Made by a program: the position numbers and the translations under genes. Below are positions 37,478 through 50,352 of a stretch of 64,000 bases of DNA, in pieces (position 1 is the first letter of the stretch; each line of letters opens with the position of its first letter). Below the pieces are notes generated by a model. It was not told the DNA's origin and did no database searches. It saw only the letters and a list, made by a program, of their open reading frames with translations. This DNA is from Callorhinchus milii (Eukaryota), in NCBI RefSeq assembly GCF_018977255.1, contig NW_024704746.1, positions 18,600,001 through 18,664,000 of the forward strand, written 5' to 3'.

Positions 37478-39918
37478 TCACTTTGGAAACATGACAGAGG
37501 GTATCAGCAATCATAAAACTATATTCTAGCATAAGTCACTGTTGTCAGCAGAGGAGAGAAAAGTCCTTCTAGTTACCAGAGGTCGAAATAAGATTTAGAT
37601 AGCAGAATATTCTGAAGTCTCACATTTCCTAACCCATTGAATTATATTTGCTCACTTCATCAATGTCAGAGTTCCTTTTCTGAAAACTCTTGGATCAAGA
37701 AAACATTACACTAAAAGGTTCTCAAAAGAAGTTTGCAATATAGTTCTATTGTTATAAAATTAGAACAGCACCTCAGCCACTGCTGAATATTAAAGACAAG
37801 ACTTATAGAAAACACAACAGTGCCCGCCCTTTGTCAAGTTATTTTGCAAGCCAAATTAATAATTCAAAACTATGCTTTCAATTTTTTTAACAGAAGGCAG
37901 AAGGAAGGGGATAATAACATAAATTGTGGGCATTAAAGTTCTTCAGATTTAACAACTATAAAACAGGTCATAGTTGCTGCTGAAGCATAAAAGCAATTTC
38001 TAATATTAGCTACATTTGCATCTGAAAGCACAGTTACTTATCCCTGAAACTGTGGTGAACACAACATCAGCTGGATGTCACCTCCTGATGGATAGACACA
38101 ACTGAGAACTATTCAGCTTTATATGAAGGATGAATGAACAAGGAAAAATAGTTGGCGACCAGCGATCATGTAATTTGGAATCAGTGGATAATACAGTGTC
38201 CCACTGTTACAGCCTGACAGTCACTATCAGGCTTATGCGCCATTAAAGTCTATTTTACCCAAAATAAAAACAAATTTCGGGTGCTTTTTCATGTCAAAAA
38301 AGTGGAAGAAAATCAAGAGGAGAAATTATGATGCCAAAATGCCTAAGATCATTAAAAAATCTGAAATTGATTTTGATTTTCTGTCCATTTTAAAAGCGGC
38401 CATAAAACACCATAATTTCTTTCACAGTACAACTCCTTCTCTCAGACTACTAGCAACAATTATAAGTGATTCTGATGCCAAGGAACCATACTTTAGCATA
38501 AAGAACACATCCTCAAAGACACAGAAGCATGGTAATCAGGTAATTTAAATTGCAAGTCGGTGGTAGGATTGCGATGTGCATGCATATCAGAGGCAAGAAA
38601 TAGCTAAAAACATTGGAGAATCTGGAGGGAGGGGTGTTCAGAGAAAATAGGTTTTTTTTAGCAATTAACTTTCACCAAACAATATGGATAATTTCAGAGA
38701 TAATCTATATCTGTTGAAGTTGGTACAGTATAACAGAAGACAAAAAAAAGAACATCGACGTGGAAGCAGTCAGATATACAGCAACAAATTTACATTTATA
38801 TAGCTAACAGCTTTCACGTCTGGAGGATATTCTAAAGCGCTGCATAGTCCAGGATGTACACCTTTCGGATGTAATTTGCCAGATGTAATTTGTCACTTCC
38901 TGATAGTTCAGCCAAGATCAGATCAAATCATCACACCGTATTGGAAATCACCTCCCAATAATCCATGTCACAGACTACTGTACGCTAATTTTAAGTGTCC
39001 TCCAGATTTCCACTTTACTGTTCAACTAAGAGAGCAGGCAGCTGATCCGCTCTCATCCCTTATCAAGGCTACACAAACAATTAGAAGCATTGCCTGCCCT
39101 ATGTCTTGCCTTGTTTTCAGTGATCAATTTAAAACAGATGATGATGATTCTATAGGTTGAAAAGTGTTGTATTCTCTGTGGGGAGCATAGATTGACAGCA
39201 ACCTTAGGTGTGTGAATAAAATGAAAGAGGACCCAACAGTTGTTACAATAAAGTAGCGAAAAAGCAGTCAGTAGCTGGAAAAACAGCTGAGACAACATGT
39301 TAGTTCAGAAAAAGTGACTTAGTTTGGAGATTGATGGCTCTGCTACAGCTCTGAAGTTCACTTCATTTTCTATGAACAGAAATGAATGCTGCAAATTCTG
39401 TAAAGCTACTAAAATGTTTCAATTCAAGAAAATATAACGTGGATCTATAGAGAACTTAAAAATAGTTATGTTCTTTCACACCTAAATCTTTCATGCCTGA
39501 AGCAAATTAGCATCAATATTAAATCAGTAAAGCTTCTACAATGCCCAATCTCTGCTACAGGGGAGGGGAGAGGAAAGAGAGATTAGTATAGTTCTAACCC
39601 CGCCCCAAATAGCTGAATATCTTATTAATATTTATAATCATTGCTCACATATGAATAAAGGTCAGTGGGAAAGGTAACTATGGAACCATACCACCAGTAG
39701 AAAGAAATGCCTTCAGGAGATAACGATGAGGGAAAAAAATTAGCAGGGGAGAAGAAATTAATGTCTGAGCATCTGCATTATTTAAAGGCCTGGTTATCAG
39801 CCACGGGCATCCTTACTGGCATAGACATGAAAAGAACAGATGGTGTCCCAACAATTTTAAATCTGCCATTTATATGGTCTTAATCAAGCGCCCAGAGTTA
39901 TTGCTGTTGTTTTAATCC

Positions 39919-39988
39919 CACTTAACTGAAAACTGAGATGGCACAAAGCAATCGTTCCTGTTGTGCCATCTCAGTTTTCAGTAAAGTG
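39919..39988. repeat. Inverted repeat: perfect 22-bp stem, 14-nt loop, plus 5-bp basal extension
   Basis: ACTGAAAACTGAGATGGCACAA (39925-39946) / TTGTGCCATCTCAGTTTTCAGT (39961-39982); CACTT/AAGTG beyond one mismatch. Confidence 0.95.
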
Positions 39989-42900
39989 ACAATTTTAATG
40001 ATAAAGATAAAGAATCATAATTTTAGAGAGGTAGCTCCTGGACCAGTTGCAGTAATGCAACTCATAAAACACTCAGACAATGTTCCAGAAACATGATATC
40101 CAAAGGCAATTCAAGACTGATCAAGACTTCCAATACAGCAATCTACGCCTAAACCTAACATGAAAGAACATCACAAATTTAACATAAAGAGGTACACAAT
40201 TAATCCAATGATTAGTTTTTAATTCTGCGATTTTCTTTACACTTTTAGGGTACATTCAGGTTGTTCCAACACAAAACATCGATCAGGTAACTACCAGCAC
40301 AAAGCATGTATCAGCTAAGTACTAGAGCAAGTCGACAAGTTCTGTCAGGCCTGTGGAAATAACTGCATACCATTAAAAGTCTAGTCTTATTCATTTAAAT
40401 TTTTTTGAAAACTATCAATAGTTAGAAAAGTAAACCTTCTGTGTGTGTAAACCTTTTCTGTGCATGTAAAAAACAAACATCGTAATTAAAAAAACTCAAA
40501 ACTATTTTTCGCAACAGATTTTCATCCTCTTGAATGTTTTTCAGTCATTTCCTTAAGAAACAGCTGCATTCTGATAAAAACATGTTGAGAAGGCAAATTA
40601 GCAAGAAAATGAACAATGTGTTTGAGAACCGCAATTATACGTGAACTTCTAGCAATTTGCATGTCAGCATTAATTTTTTAATCAACACTTTGTACAAATT
40701 AATTGTTTCCCTTGACTAATAACCACATAATTTAGATGAGCAAAATGTTTACAGCACTGAAGGAGGCCATTCAGTCCCTCATGCCTAATTCTAGCTTCCC
40801 ACTTGAGCTATCTACTCTGATTCCCATTCTCTTTCTCCATATCATTTCTTTATTATTTTCTCAACTACTTAAGTAATGTGGATTATATTAAAGAATAAAG
40901 CTTTTAAATAATTTAAGAAACTGAATATTCTAGCTGAGGTAAACAAAAGAAACAATTCCAACCATTATGAACCATTTCCCACCAACAAACAGGTTTAAAC
41001 AAAGCAATTATGTCAGATCACAAGTGTGTCTTCCTGTTAGGCCTGCAGTTTCAAACATGTGGGTCTTGAACTCAGTAATTCCAAATGGAGATATTGTAAT
41101 AAATACAGAGACATGTTGATATAGAGAGAGGGTGATATGACAAGTGGCAGAAGTTATTAAATATGAATAAATACAAAGCAACAAAACTGGGGATGGGGAC
41201 TGAACTGCGTGAATATGCTAAATTGTTAAGACAACAAGATAAAGCATTGAAGTCGGGTATGGAAGGATACATTGCTGAAACGATGAGCACAAAGTGAAGC
41301 AACAGTCAGAAAAAAGTAAACATACTCAGATGGTGTGAAGACAGAAGAAGAAACCATAAATTCCTCGGAAGCAAGTCTGCTGGGTCACTATACTGGTCCG
41401 TCCACCTGGAACACTTGTGCACATTATTTATCACTGCACGACAGTAAGGACATCCGGACAAAGAAGATACAGTTGTGGGCAACTAAACAAACACATGGGA
41501 TAAAGAATCTGAATTACAAAAAGAGGCTACAGAATCTGGAATACTTACACTGTTAGGAGGATTGAAAAACAGAAGGAGAACTTTAAAAGAATTTTAAACA
41601 AAAATATAGTCACGCCAGTTGTCTGGATTTTCTGAAAGGAAGTAAATATATCAAAGGAAAAAAAAAGTAATTTCCGCAGAAAAAGCACCCCGATGGAAAC
41701 CTGCAAAATCAGATATTCCAGCCAGAGAGAAGTGATTGGAACAGGAGGATTAGCACGCAGGTCCAGGAAGGATGTCGACTCCCACACACATAATGACATT
41801 TCACAAAAGGCAGGCCTGCTGTACAATAATGTATTATTTTAAGTTGGTTAGATTTGACCACGTAGTTTGGATTTGCAGCAAACAATACAGATATACTGCA
41901 CTCACTCAAAATTAAACAGGGAGTGTTACACTCCCCCTCCACTCTTGGAGCCAGCTTTAACCCAGACAGTAGGAGAGCCCCTGTTTACCACTTGTTCTTT
42001 CCCCCCCCCCCCCCCCCCACCCACAACCAGAAGAATATGTCAATACTTCCAATTACTCCAACCATCTTTAATAAAGTTACAAATGCTAAAAGGAAGCTTA
42101 CAGTGGGAATCATATTCTGTAAATTAAGACTAGTACAGTATATTAACACTATAATTACTTACATTTCTAATTTAAGATGAGGATCAGCATTCAGGATCAG
42201 GTCTGAAACCAGCACACAAGATGCCACCTCTTGCTGCATCAGTACATAACTGTCATAACAATAAATTAACTAATTAGGTGGTTCAGGATGCCAATAGATG
42301 GTAAGTGGGACAAAGAAAGTAGAGGTATTTTTATCTTCTTTTATGGGGGTATCTCAAAGAGACTTTTAAATCAACATAATTTATTTTATGCAAGTGATAA
42401 AACAGCTTTAGAATAGCAATTCTAACTTTTTAATTCTGCATCATCACCTTTGCAGAATATTTTCATGGTCAAAATTCAAAGTCATCAAAATTGAATTTCA
42501 AGAGAACGAATCATTTTATGAAAATTATGAAATTCAATATACATGGCTTTTTCTTAAAAAAAAGTTTTAAAAAATTTCCCGACGTGAAAGGCGCTCCATG
42601 AATGAAATCTTGTTGTTGTTGTTGTTGTTGTTGATTGTGAAGGGTGCTGTATGATTAAAAGTTGCTGTTGGAGGGAGTTGGAATGGAGGTAGTTTTTCAT
42701 TCTTACCCAGTGATTTTTGCTGTCAAGTGTACATTTTGACATGCAGGAAAATGTTCGGCAGTGATATCTCACTTCTCCCCAACATTGGTCACCCTCTGGT
42801 ACCTCAATAAAGAAGTCAATATTCATGCGTTACCAATTCATCTGAGTATAATGCAAATCCCTCATCCAGTCTCACACATGAAGAATTCTCGCTCACTTAA

Positions 42901-43285
42901 ATGAATTACAGAAATAAGCCACTGTCTTCAGGAGTCAGAGAGAGAAAATAAAATGAAGAAAAAAAACATACAATGAAAACAACTCCAAATACATTTAGCT
43001 GAAAATAGTACTTTGAGCGTTCACATGAAAATAACTGATGATTGAAGTTAGAATTTTACAGCTTTCCATTTACAATAACAGAATAGTAAAACAAAGAGAA
43101 AAAGGAGTCAACATATTGAAACCAACATGCTTGCTAGCTCATTCCCACAAATGCTACAGAATCTTGAAACTTCACTTTTTCTCATAAAAAATAAAAAATG
43201 CATAAGTGCTTTCAAACCAATGGTTAGTTACAAGACCAGCAAATATCTGAGGTAAATCGTTCTTAAATGAAAAGCCATTTTTTCT

Positions 43286-43710
43286 AATAATAATCCTTTG
43301 GTTTGATAATATCATCTTATGTTGTTGAGATGTCTCAAAGCACTTCACAGGATATAATTTAAAGTGGATTTATTGTATATTTTGTGGGTGTTTTTTGCCC
43401 ATACAAGAAGATTACATTTGTATAGCGCCTTTCATGTCGGGAGGACGTCCCAAGGCGCTGGACACTGTATAGCATTTCAGACCCGAGCTGGGGTCAGGGA
43501 GGGAGAAGGGAGGGGAGGGGAAGAGGGATGACCGATGGCATGGTCGAAGAGGAGGGTTTTGAGGTGGGATTTGAAGGAGGCTAAGGAAGGGGCGAGGCGG
43601 AGTGAATGGGGGATGGAATTCCAGAGGCTGGGGGCAGAGTGGCTGAAGGCTCTCCCGCCAATGACACAACAGTGTCCCACAAACAGCCATGGAGTGAGTA
43701 ACCAATTTTA
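43286..43710 (-). mobile_element. SINE 3' remnant interrupted by an L2 3' fragment (~43400-43663)
   Basis: SINE tail 43286-43390; L2 (GGRAFSHSAPSLWNSIPHSLR); SINE resumes as CAGTGTCCCACAAACAGCCATGGAGTGA. Confidence 0.85.
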
Positions 43711-45599
43711 CGGGGTATTTGATACAAGTATCGCAGCTTGGTAGCTACTGGAAACAAGGTAGTGATTTGATGCAGACATCCCTGGACTGGTGTGGGTGTA
43801 CGGCTGGCCACTTCTTGACACCCCACGAAGGGCCAAAAGTGGCCAAAGTAGTGACCTTCACACATTTCCTCAGACTTTTTCTTCCAAGTAGCATCACAGC
43901 TCACTGGCTTACTGGTTAGGGTTAGACTGATTGATATCATCTTGAATCTAAATTAAAATGAGCTAAATGTCTGAGAACTGGTTGCCCACCTGCAATCTTG
44001 GCAGCAGACTGAGGGAAACAGCAGTGGAAAGGAAATCAGGAGCCAAGGTATCCTCGAGATAAAACAGTTTGTATATATTTAAATTCTCCTGGGATAGGTT
44101 TCTAACCAGTTCTACCGACCAGTGAAATGGCAAAATTCCAACATTTCGATGATTTCTTCTGCCTCATCACCAAGTATCCAAAAACATATTTAAACCTCTA
44201 CAAAATATTGTGGTTTAAACAGCAGCAATTTAGAGAAGTAAACAATGTCCTGACAAGTAGAAATATTCGCATTCTAACAAGCCATACTTATGACTCATTT
44301 AATAATACAGTCAGTTTATATTTTACTGTAGATTATGAAGTTTCACCGGACAATCACTAAGTAAGTAACCTACCATTAGTATTTTCCTGCTGCAGGATGC
44401 ATAAAGACAATATTGAAGGGTAGAAAAAAACATGCAAGCTTTTTACCGTTTCAGTTTTATTTTAGTAATCCAAATTCATATAGGACTTGGGTCTAAAGAA
44501 CATTGAAGACTGCAGAAACAAATACTTAGGAGCACTCCTGTGCACTTGGCTAGCACTGAAATTTTACATGACTGATTCCTCCGCATTGGTATTTAAGCCC
44601 AAGAGTTGCAGGCCTGAGCAACTTTTATGAACCTACTCACTAATATCAGCTGAGTGGCTCTTCTCTAGCTTTCAGAGCTAACATGGCAAGCCTCCAAGAA
44701 GCCATCTCCAAGAAGATGAAAATGAAATTTGATCCAATAAACAAGAGTGACTTTAACAGCTTTCCCCACATTTTTGGAAAAAGAGAGCAGCAGCAAAAGT
44801 ACTTGCTCTATAGTCACATTCTCTTCAAGTTTGTGATCTTTGAAAATATTCACAATTTGTAGAGGCACAGTGAAAGAATAGAGAATATTACAATATATTT
44901 GTGGATGCTCTATAAATTTTAGCAATAAGTATGCAGCTCATTAATTACTGAATTGTCTTTTCCTCCATCTTACCAATCCAATGGACCAGACACCAATTCT
45001 TAGCAGTTAAAACTGGCATTCCTTTTTATTTTAACACTAAACTCCAGCACTTCCACATTTACTAGATCTTAAAGCTAAATAGCCTTCATCTTAGCCCAAG
45101 ACTCCATCCAACACTACTAGGTAGACAGTAAGATCCAGCAAGTTATGGCAATAGTTCATTAAACAATCTCAAACAAAATAAGTGTATATTTTGGTTTAAT
45201 ATCTTGCAGATAACAACGCTTGAACAACAGTTATAATGGAAGGTTTAATGTGTCTGCCAATTCCAGTCTTGAGTCAATAATTAGAGAGCATCACTTCCTC
45301 TCAACATGTTGGCTGACCCTGCATAATACATGCTGGGAGTGGTAAGAACAGTTTGTACAGCTATGAGGTTTTTGATCATGATACACAGCAAAAAGATTTG
45401 TACCAAGTCAGCATACAGCTGCCTGATTATACAGTTGACATTTTAGAGAACCACAGACATTTCTATTTCTCTTTTAAACTTCCCCTAGAAACAAAACACA
45501 ACTAAGTAAATTCATATGATCTGGATAGTAACAATTATAGATTTTAGAGAAACCTTAAGGACATTCCTTAAGGGCTTTTCCCATGATTCAGAAGCTCTG

Positions 45600-45810
45600 A
45601 TTCATACAGATGAGGAAGGCCCCAAATTCAATCCCTAATTATAATGAGTAAACTTATCTCAGATAAGACAGAAGTGGGCACGACAGATTAGATCAGTGTG
45701 GCTCGGAACAACATTATTCATCCAAGGTTCCCGTTACTCATCATTAATCAGTAACCACTGCTGGATTTTGTACATATGCACATGGGACCATCGGACAAGG
45801 ACAATCCTCT
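45600..45810 (+). mobile_element. Ancient dispersed SINE-like repeat (AmnSINE2-like by recollection); further degenerate copies at ~1-145, ~12735-12910, ~17460-17810(-), ~29270-29480(-), ~36290-36480(-), ~39620-39760, ~42680-42950
   Basis: Recurring blocks such as (C)CAGGGTTCC..GCTATCCAG..CCC(C/T)TGCTGGAAAGTG(T)GCATGTG in several highly diverged copies. Confidence 0.5.
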
Positions 45811-46395
45811 GCAGGCCTCCTCCCTCTACCCAATCCGCAATGTCAAACAGGCTGCTGGTGATATATTATGTGTAGGCTCACACCTGAGGAAACGAGCACT
45901 TGTGCAAGGCACTGGAGTGTTGCTTCATGAGTCGTGTCTTCAGCATAGTAGGGAAGCCACATACAACATAACAAATGAAGTCAAGAGACACTAACGGCTA
46001 CCTGCATTTAGACAATAACTGTTACATGAAAGTGCTTTACAAAATGAGAATAATTAGAAACACAGCACATGTTATTATATAGGCAAAAGCTGCAGCTACC
46101 TTTGCACCACCATCTTCCGACAAATGATAATGTGATGAATACCCAATCAGTCTAAACGTTTCAGAATTAATTGGGTGAGAGAGGCATGTTAGCCCAGACA
46201 ATCGAGAGGCATTTCCTACTCTTTCTTTGAAATACTGACACGGGATCTTTCAATGCCAACTTGAATCATTAGCCAGCACAATGTAAGTGCACGTTGTTTT
46301 TGGACCTTAGTTTAAGGACTCTGTCAAATAAGCGATGATCTGGAATAAATACTTGCACATAATATAGTGGCTTATCATGTAAAAACATTGTAAAC

Positions 46396-46479
46396 CGCTT
46401 ATCAAAAGTAGTTAATTTGATTACAAATCCACAAAAACGCTTATCAAAAGTAGTTAATTTTAATACAAATCCACAAAAA
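46396..46479 (+). repeat. 42-bp tandem duplication
   Basis: CGCTTATCAAAAGTAGTTAATTT.A.TACAAATCCACAAAAA twice, 2 mismatches. Confidence 0.95.
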
Positions 46480-48008
46480 TCCAAATCTCATTGGCACAAA
46501 AAACACACACATGGAAGGCATGATATGTATAAAATACCTACTCTTTTAATCTATAATGAAAACTATTTGATAAAATTTAGAAGGTACCATCACTTTAAAT
46601 AGTGTCTGTACATTTATCAGTGTTTTTAAACATATCTGGACAGTTGAAATATTCAAGCTGTTTTTAAGAAATTTACAAATTTTGGCATTTAGCCAAATTG
46701 TTAGCATAGCCCTCAAAAGAATTTTAAGATTTGCCTTTAAAATAGAAGTCAAAGTTATTGCTACGCAATGTTACTCCGTTAAAAGGCGCTTTACAAATGT
46801 AATTTTGTTGTGACTGCTTGAGTGACTTTGTAAAACTGTTAATTCTACAAATATAATAGCAAATATTTAAACCCTAATACAATATATATTTTTGTTTAAA
46901 TTTTTTTTGCTCGTTTGTCTGACAATGCTGCTTCATTGCTTATCTCAATAGTAAATGACTGAAGTAAAATACTGTTAAATTTTATTTGTTCAGTGCATAG
47001 CTTATAATGCCCAGGATAGCCTGGTTATAATGCCCTCTTCCCCCAGTATAGCATAGATTTGTATAGTGTTGGTGTCCTGTGAACGTTTGCTAACCAGAAG
47101 CGTAATACTGACTAGCCAGCTTCAAGTGCTACAAAATTGCTGACTTTGGGGTTATCGGGTCAAAGCTGACACCATTTCCTGCACATTGTACATATATACA
47201 CTATGCTTAAAAAGGATCACTAATGTCACATCCTACATACTATGTGCAAGAAGCACAGCTGTCATCACTGCTCAAAGGAAATGATGTGTCACTTTTTGTT
47301 TATAGCAAGTATGAACAGTATGCAAGGAGTGATGTCAACATGCGCAGGTAAGTGACATTAGTGGCAACCTGATGACCCAGAAGCCAACTATTTTTTCATG
47401 CCTCTCCTATATTGTACTCCTGACATGAAAGGCGCTCCATAATTTGTTGTCATTTGTTGTTGTTGTATTGTGGCCACTGAGATATTCGACTGACATGACT
47501 TCATAATAACAAGGTTGTTCTTCATGTCCCACAACTAAGGGGTTTACAGTCAAGACAGATCCCATTCTCTGAAACTGTATCCAAGTGTCTCTCTGAATCA
47601 TTCTTTCAATGTGAATCTCAAGGCCTGCCCCTCTCCAACCCCTCGGCTACCACCCCAACTCGGGGTCACCAGGGCCTTAAGACATTCTCCTGACATGAAA
47701 AGGCTCTATGTCTATATTTATACTGTTGTCTTGTATCCTGTCTCATAGTAAAGAGTGATGTCTACATAAAATAATCATTTAATATAATACAACACTTATA
47801 ACTTTAAAACATCCTGCATGCAATTCTCAGTTTGGTTTGGATCAGCGCCTTGGGACGTCCTCCCGACGTGAAAGGTGCTATACAAATGTAATCTTGTTGT
47901 TGTTGTTGGATACTTTTAAGTAATGATGATGGATTCTGCACGTGTCAGACACCGGGCTGACTGGGGAAAAAAATCACTATTACTGTTAAATATTGTAACT
48001 ATGAATTT

Positions 48009-48313
48009 ATAATAATAAAATAATAATCCTGGCATTTGATATAGCACTTTTCACGTCTTCTAGATGTCTCAAAGCGCTTCACAGAATATACTGTAAAGTG
48101 AATTTGTGGGCGAAACGCAGCAGCCAATTGCGGACAACAGTGTCCCGCAAACAGTCGTTGATTGAAGTGACCAATTTATTATTATTTTTTCTTGAGGGAT
48201 TATTATCAGGCAAGTGGAGTAAGGAAACTTGACCAAAGTTTCGCCCAGCCGGGAATCAAACCTAGGTCTCTCGCTTACGAGATGAGTGCTCTAACCACTG
48301 AGCTACAGGACTC
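48009..48313 (-). mobile_element. tRNA-headed SINE, full length
   Basis: Family head, body and (TTA)n tail. Confidence 0.92.
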
Positions 48314-48319
48314 TAACTT

Positions 48320-48640
48320 GTAGGGCAAATTTGTGCTCAACAATGTCCCGTAAAACAAACATGAGGTGAATGACTAATTTAACTGGAGTAATTTAACTTG
48401 GGACAAGATATCAAGGGAACTCCATTATATTTGTATAGATCCTTTAACATCCATTGAAAGAGGCAGTTGGGACCTTGGTGTGGTGTCTTATCCAAAGGAC
48501 GACGTCTCCAACAATGAGGCGCTCCCCAACACTGTACTGAATTGCCATCTTAGACGTGAACCGAAAGGCCCCAACGTGGGACGCGAAAACTTTCTGACGC
48601 TGAGGTGAGAGCGCCACCGAGTCGAGCCAACATGACTGCT
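48320..48640 (-). mobile_element. Diverged Deu-domain SINE
   Basis: CCAAAGGACGACGTCTCCAACAATGAGGCGCTCCCCAACACTGTACTG is similar to the 58855 copy. Confidence 0.65.
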
Positions 48641-49239
48641 GAACCTCGAGAAAATTAGATAAATCAAAGACGCGTCAGTGGGTAAGAGGAAGTTGGGGGT
48701 TTTAAAAAAGTCTGAAGGTGTCAGGGTAATCCCCATGTGGTTTAATTGGTAAACTCCCAACACCTTCTGACAGCTGCGCTGTCACCTTCCTACACTGACA
48801 CCTTCCGAGAGGTCAGCAGTGCCCAATAATTATTATTAGGAGTTAAATGAAAGCTGCACAACCGAAACGAAGCCATCGGACAAGTGGGAGTACCGCCATC
48901 CAGTCAGGTCAGATGTCACTCGAGTTACCTAACCTACGGTGTTGCAATATTGAGCTGAACCTGGTTCAGGACCGGCAGCAAGTGATCATTTCCCCTCTGT
49001 CGCCAACGAACCGACAGCCTCTTTCTTCCTACTTCGCTGAACGAAAGCGATCTTCGTGTGGGGGGGGTTGGGGGGGGGGGGTGGGCGAGGGGGGGGGTGG
49101 AGCGTATATATATCTATATCTGTGTATATGTATATATATATACACACACTACTTTATAACAGCCGCAGCCGCCGGACTCCGGACTCCAGAACAACACAGC
49201 GCTGTCGAGCAACACTTCACTTTCAAACGCACAGACACC

Positions 49240-49292
49240 GACTCATTCACTCACTCACTCACTCACTCACTCACTCACTCACTCACACTCAC
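49240..49292 (+). repeat. (TCAC)n microsatellite
   Basis: ACTC/TCAC tetranucleotide run. Confidence 0.95.
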
Positions 49293-49700
49293 AACTCAAC
49301 CCTTCATCTCCATTTCAGCAGATGGCTGACCCGCCGCTCTGTGCGGAGGTGGGGGGGAGGTGGGGGGGGGGTGGGAGGGGGGGGGGCAGTTTGAGGCCTA
49401 GGGCAGACCAGAGACCAGAATCCTGCGCCTTTTCCTTCCCTTCCTCGCTGTCACTTGGGGAAGGGCAATGGGGAAGAGGGAGGGGAGTGGGGGGGGGGAA
49501 GAGTCCAGGGTCAGGGGCCGGTCACGGTGCTCGGGCTCCTCTGACCCCCACTTGTGCGTCGATGGTTGACCGAGGAGAGCGAGCGGGCGGGCGGGTGGGG
49601 AGGAGGAGTGGGGGGGGGGGGGGGTGTTAGTCAGTCCATTCCCGGGCCCCGCACAGTCGGTCACCCATTAATAACGCCCCCACACACACACACCCCTTAC

Positions 49701-49900
49701 CTTGGAAAGATTTCACCGCCCCCTTTTAAACATTAACTTCCCATGGGGTTCCCAGGTGAACGGGCGGCAGGTCAGTGTCGGTGCCGGGGAGGGAGGGAGG
49801 GAGGGAGGAGGGGGGCACTGCTCCAGTCCCCGGGCTCCCGGCTCGGCTCCGGCTCTCACTCGACTCGACTCCACTCGGTTCGACCCGACCCCGAAAGCCC
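49701..49900 (-). other. EVI5: Probable non-coding first exon of EVI5 (5' end approximate)
   Basis: Strong donor CCAAG|gtaagg at 49701/49700 inside the CpG island, just downstream of CRE/GC-box/NRF1 motifs; contains only short uORFs. Confidence 0.65.
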
Positions 49901-50352
49901 GGGCCGAGCCGAGTGACGTCACCCGCCCCGCCCCCTCCTTCCTTTTTAGGGCAGCGCCCCCGGCGCATGCGCGTTGCACTCTCCCCCCCCCCCCCCGCAC
50001 CGAGAGGGTAACGTTGAAGCGGCTGCAACGCAGAGACCTGCGCCTCACGTCCAGCAAAACCCGCCTCGAGGGCTGTCTGACTGCATTGCACCAGTACCGA
50101 GCAACACCCCTGCGGTTAGAGCGACGCGGACAGGAGAAGGGGAAGGAGAGGGGTTCTGCAATACCGGCGGCAGTGGATGCAGCGAAGCAGAGCCCTGGGC
50201 CCGCATGAGCAGACACTGCAACACCTCCACACTGGGATAAGGGGTGGGGGTGTGGGGGGGTCAGACTGCGAGTCACCACACACTCCTGGACCCGCAAGAA
50301 CATAACGTGCCGGGAATAGCACCTAAAATATTCACAAGACCCCGACAGTACT

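Larger units (their letters stand above)
49040..50340. promoter_or_regulatory. CpG island / EVI5 promoter with palindromic CRE TGACGTCA (49914-49921), tandem GC boxes (49922-49934) and NRF1-type GCGCATGCGC (49963-49972)
   Basis: Sharp rise in GC and CpG relative to AT-rich flanks; exact motif matches; long G and C runs. Confidence 0.8.

Noticed and set aside
46396-46479. 42-bp in-frame duplication within short ORFs
   Set aside because: Simple local tandem duplication in an intron; the ORFs have no coding features
13312-48313. All four full-length young SINEs inside EVI5 are co-oriented with the gene
   Set aside because: n=4 is too small (1 in 8 chance of all sharing an orientation), and older fragments occur on both strands
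49713-49715. Selenocysteine recoding of the in-frame UGA in exon 1
   Set aside because: EVI5 is not a known selenoprotein, and the 3' UTR that would need a SECIS is outside the window; no support
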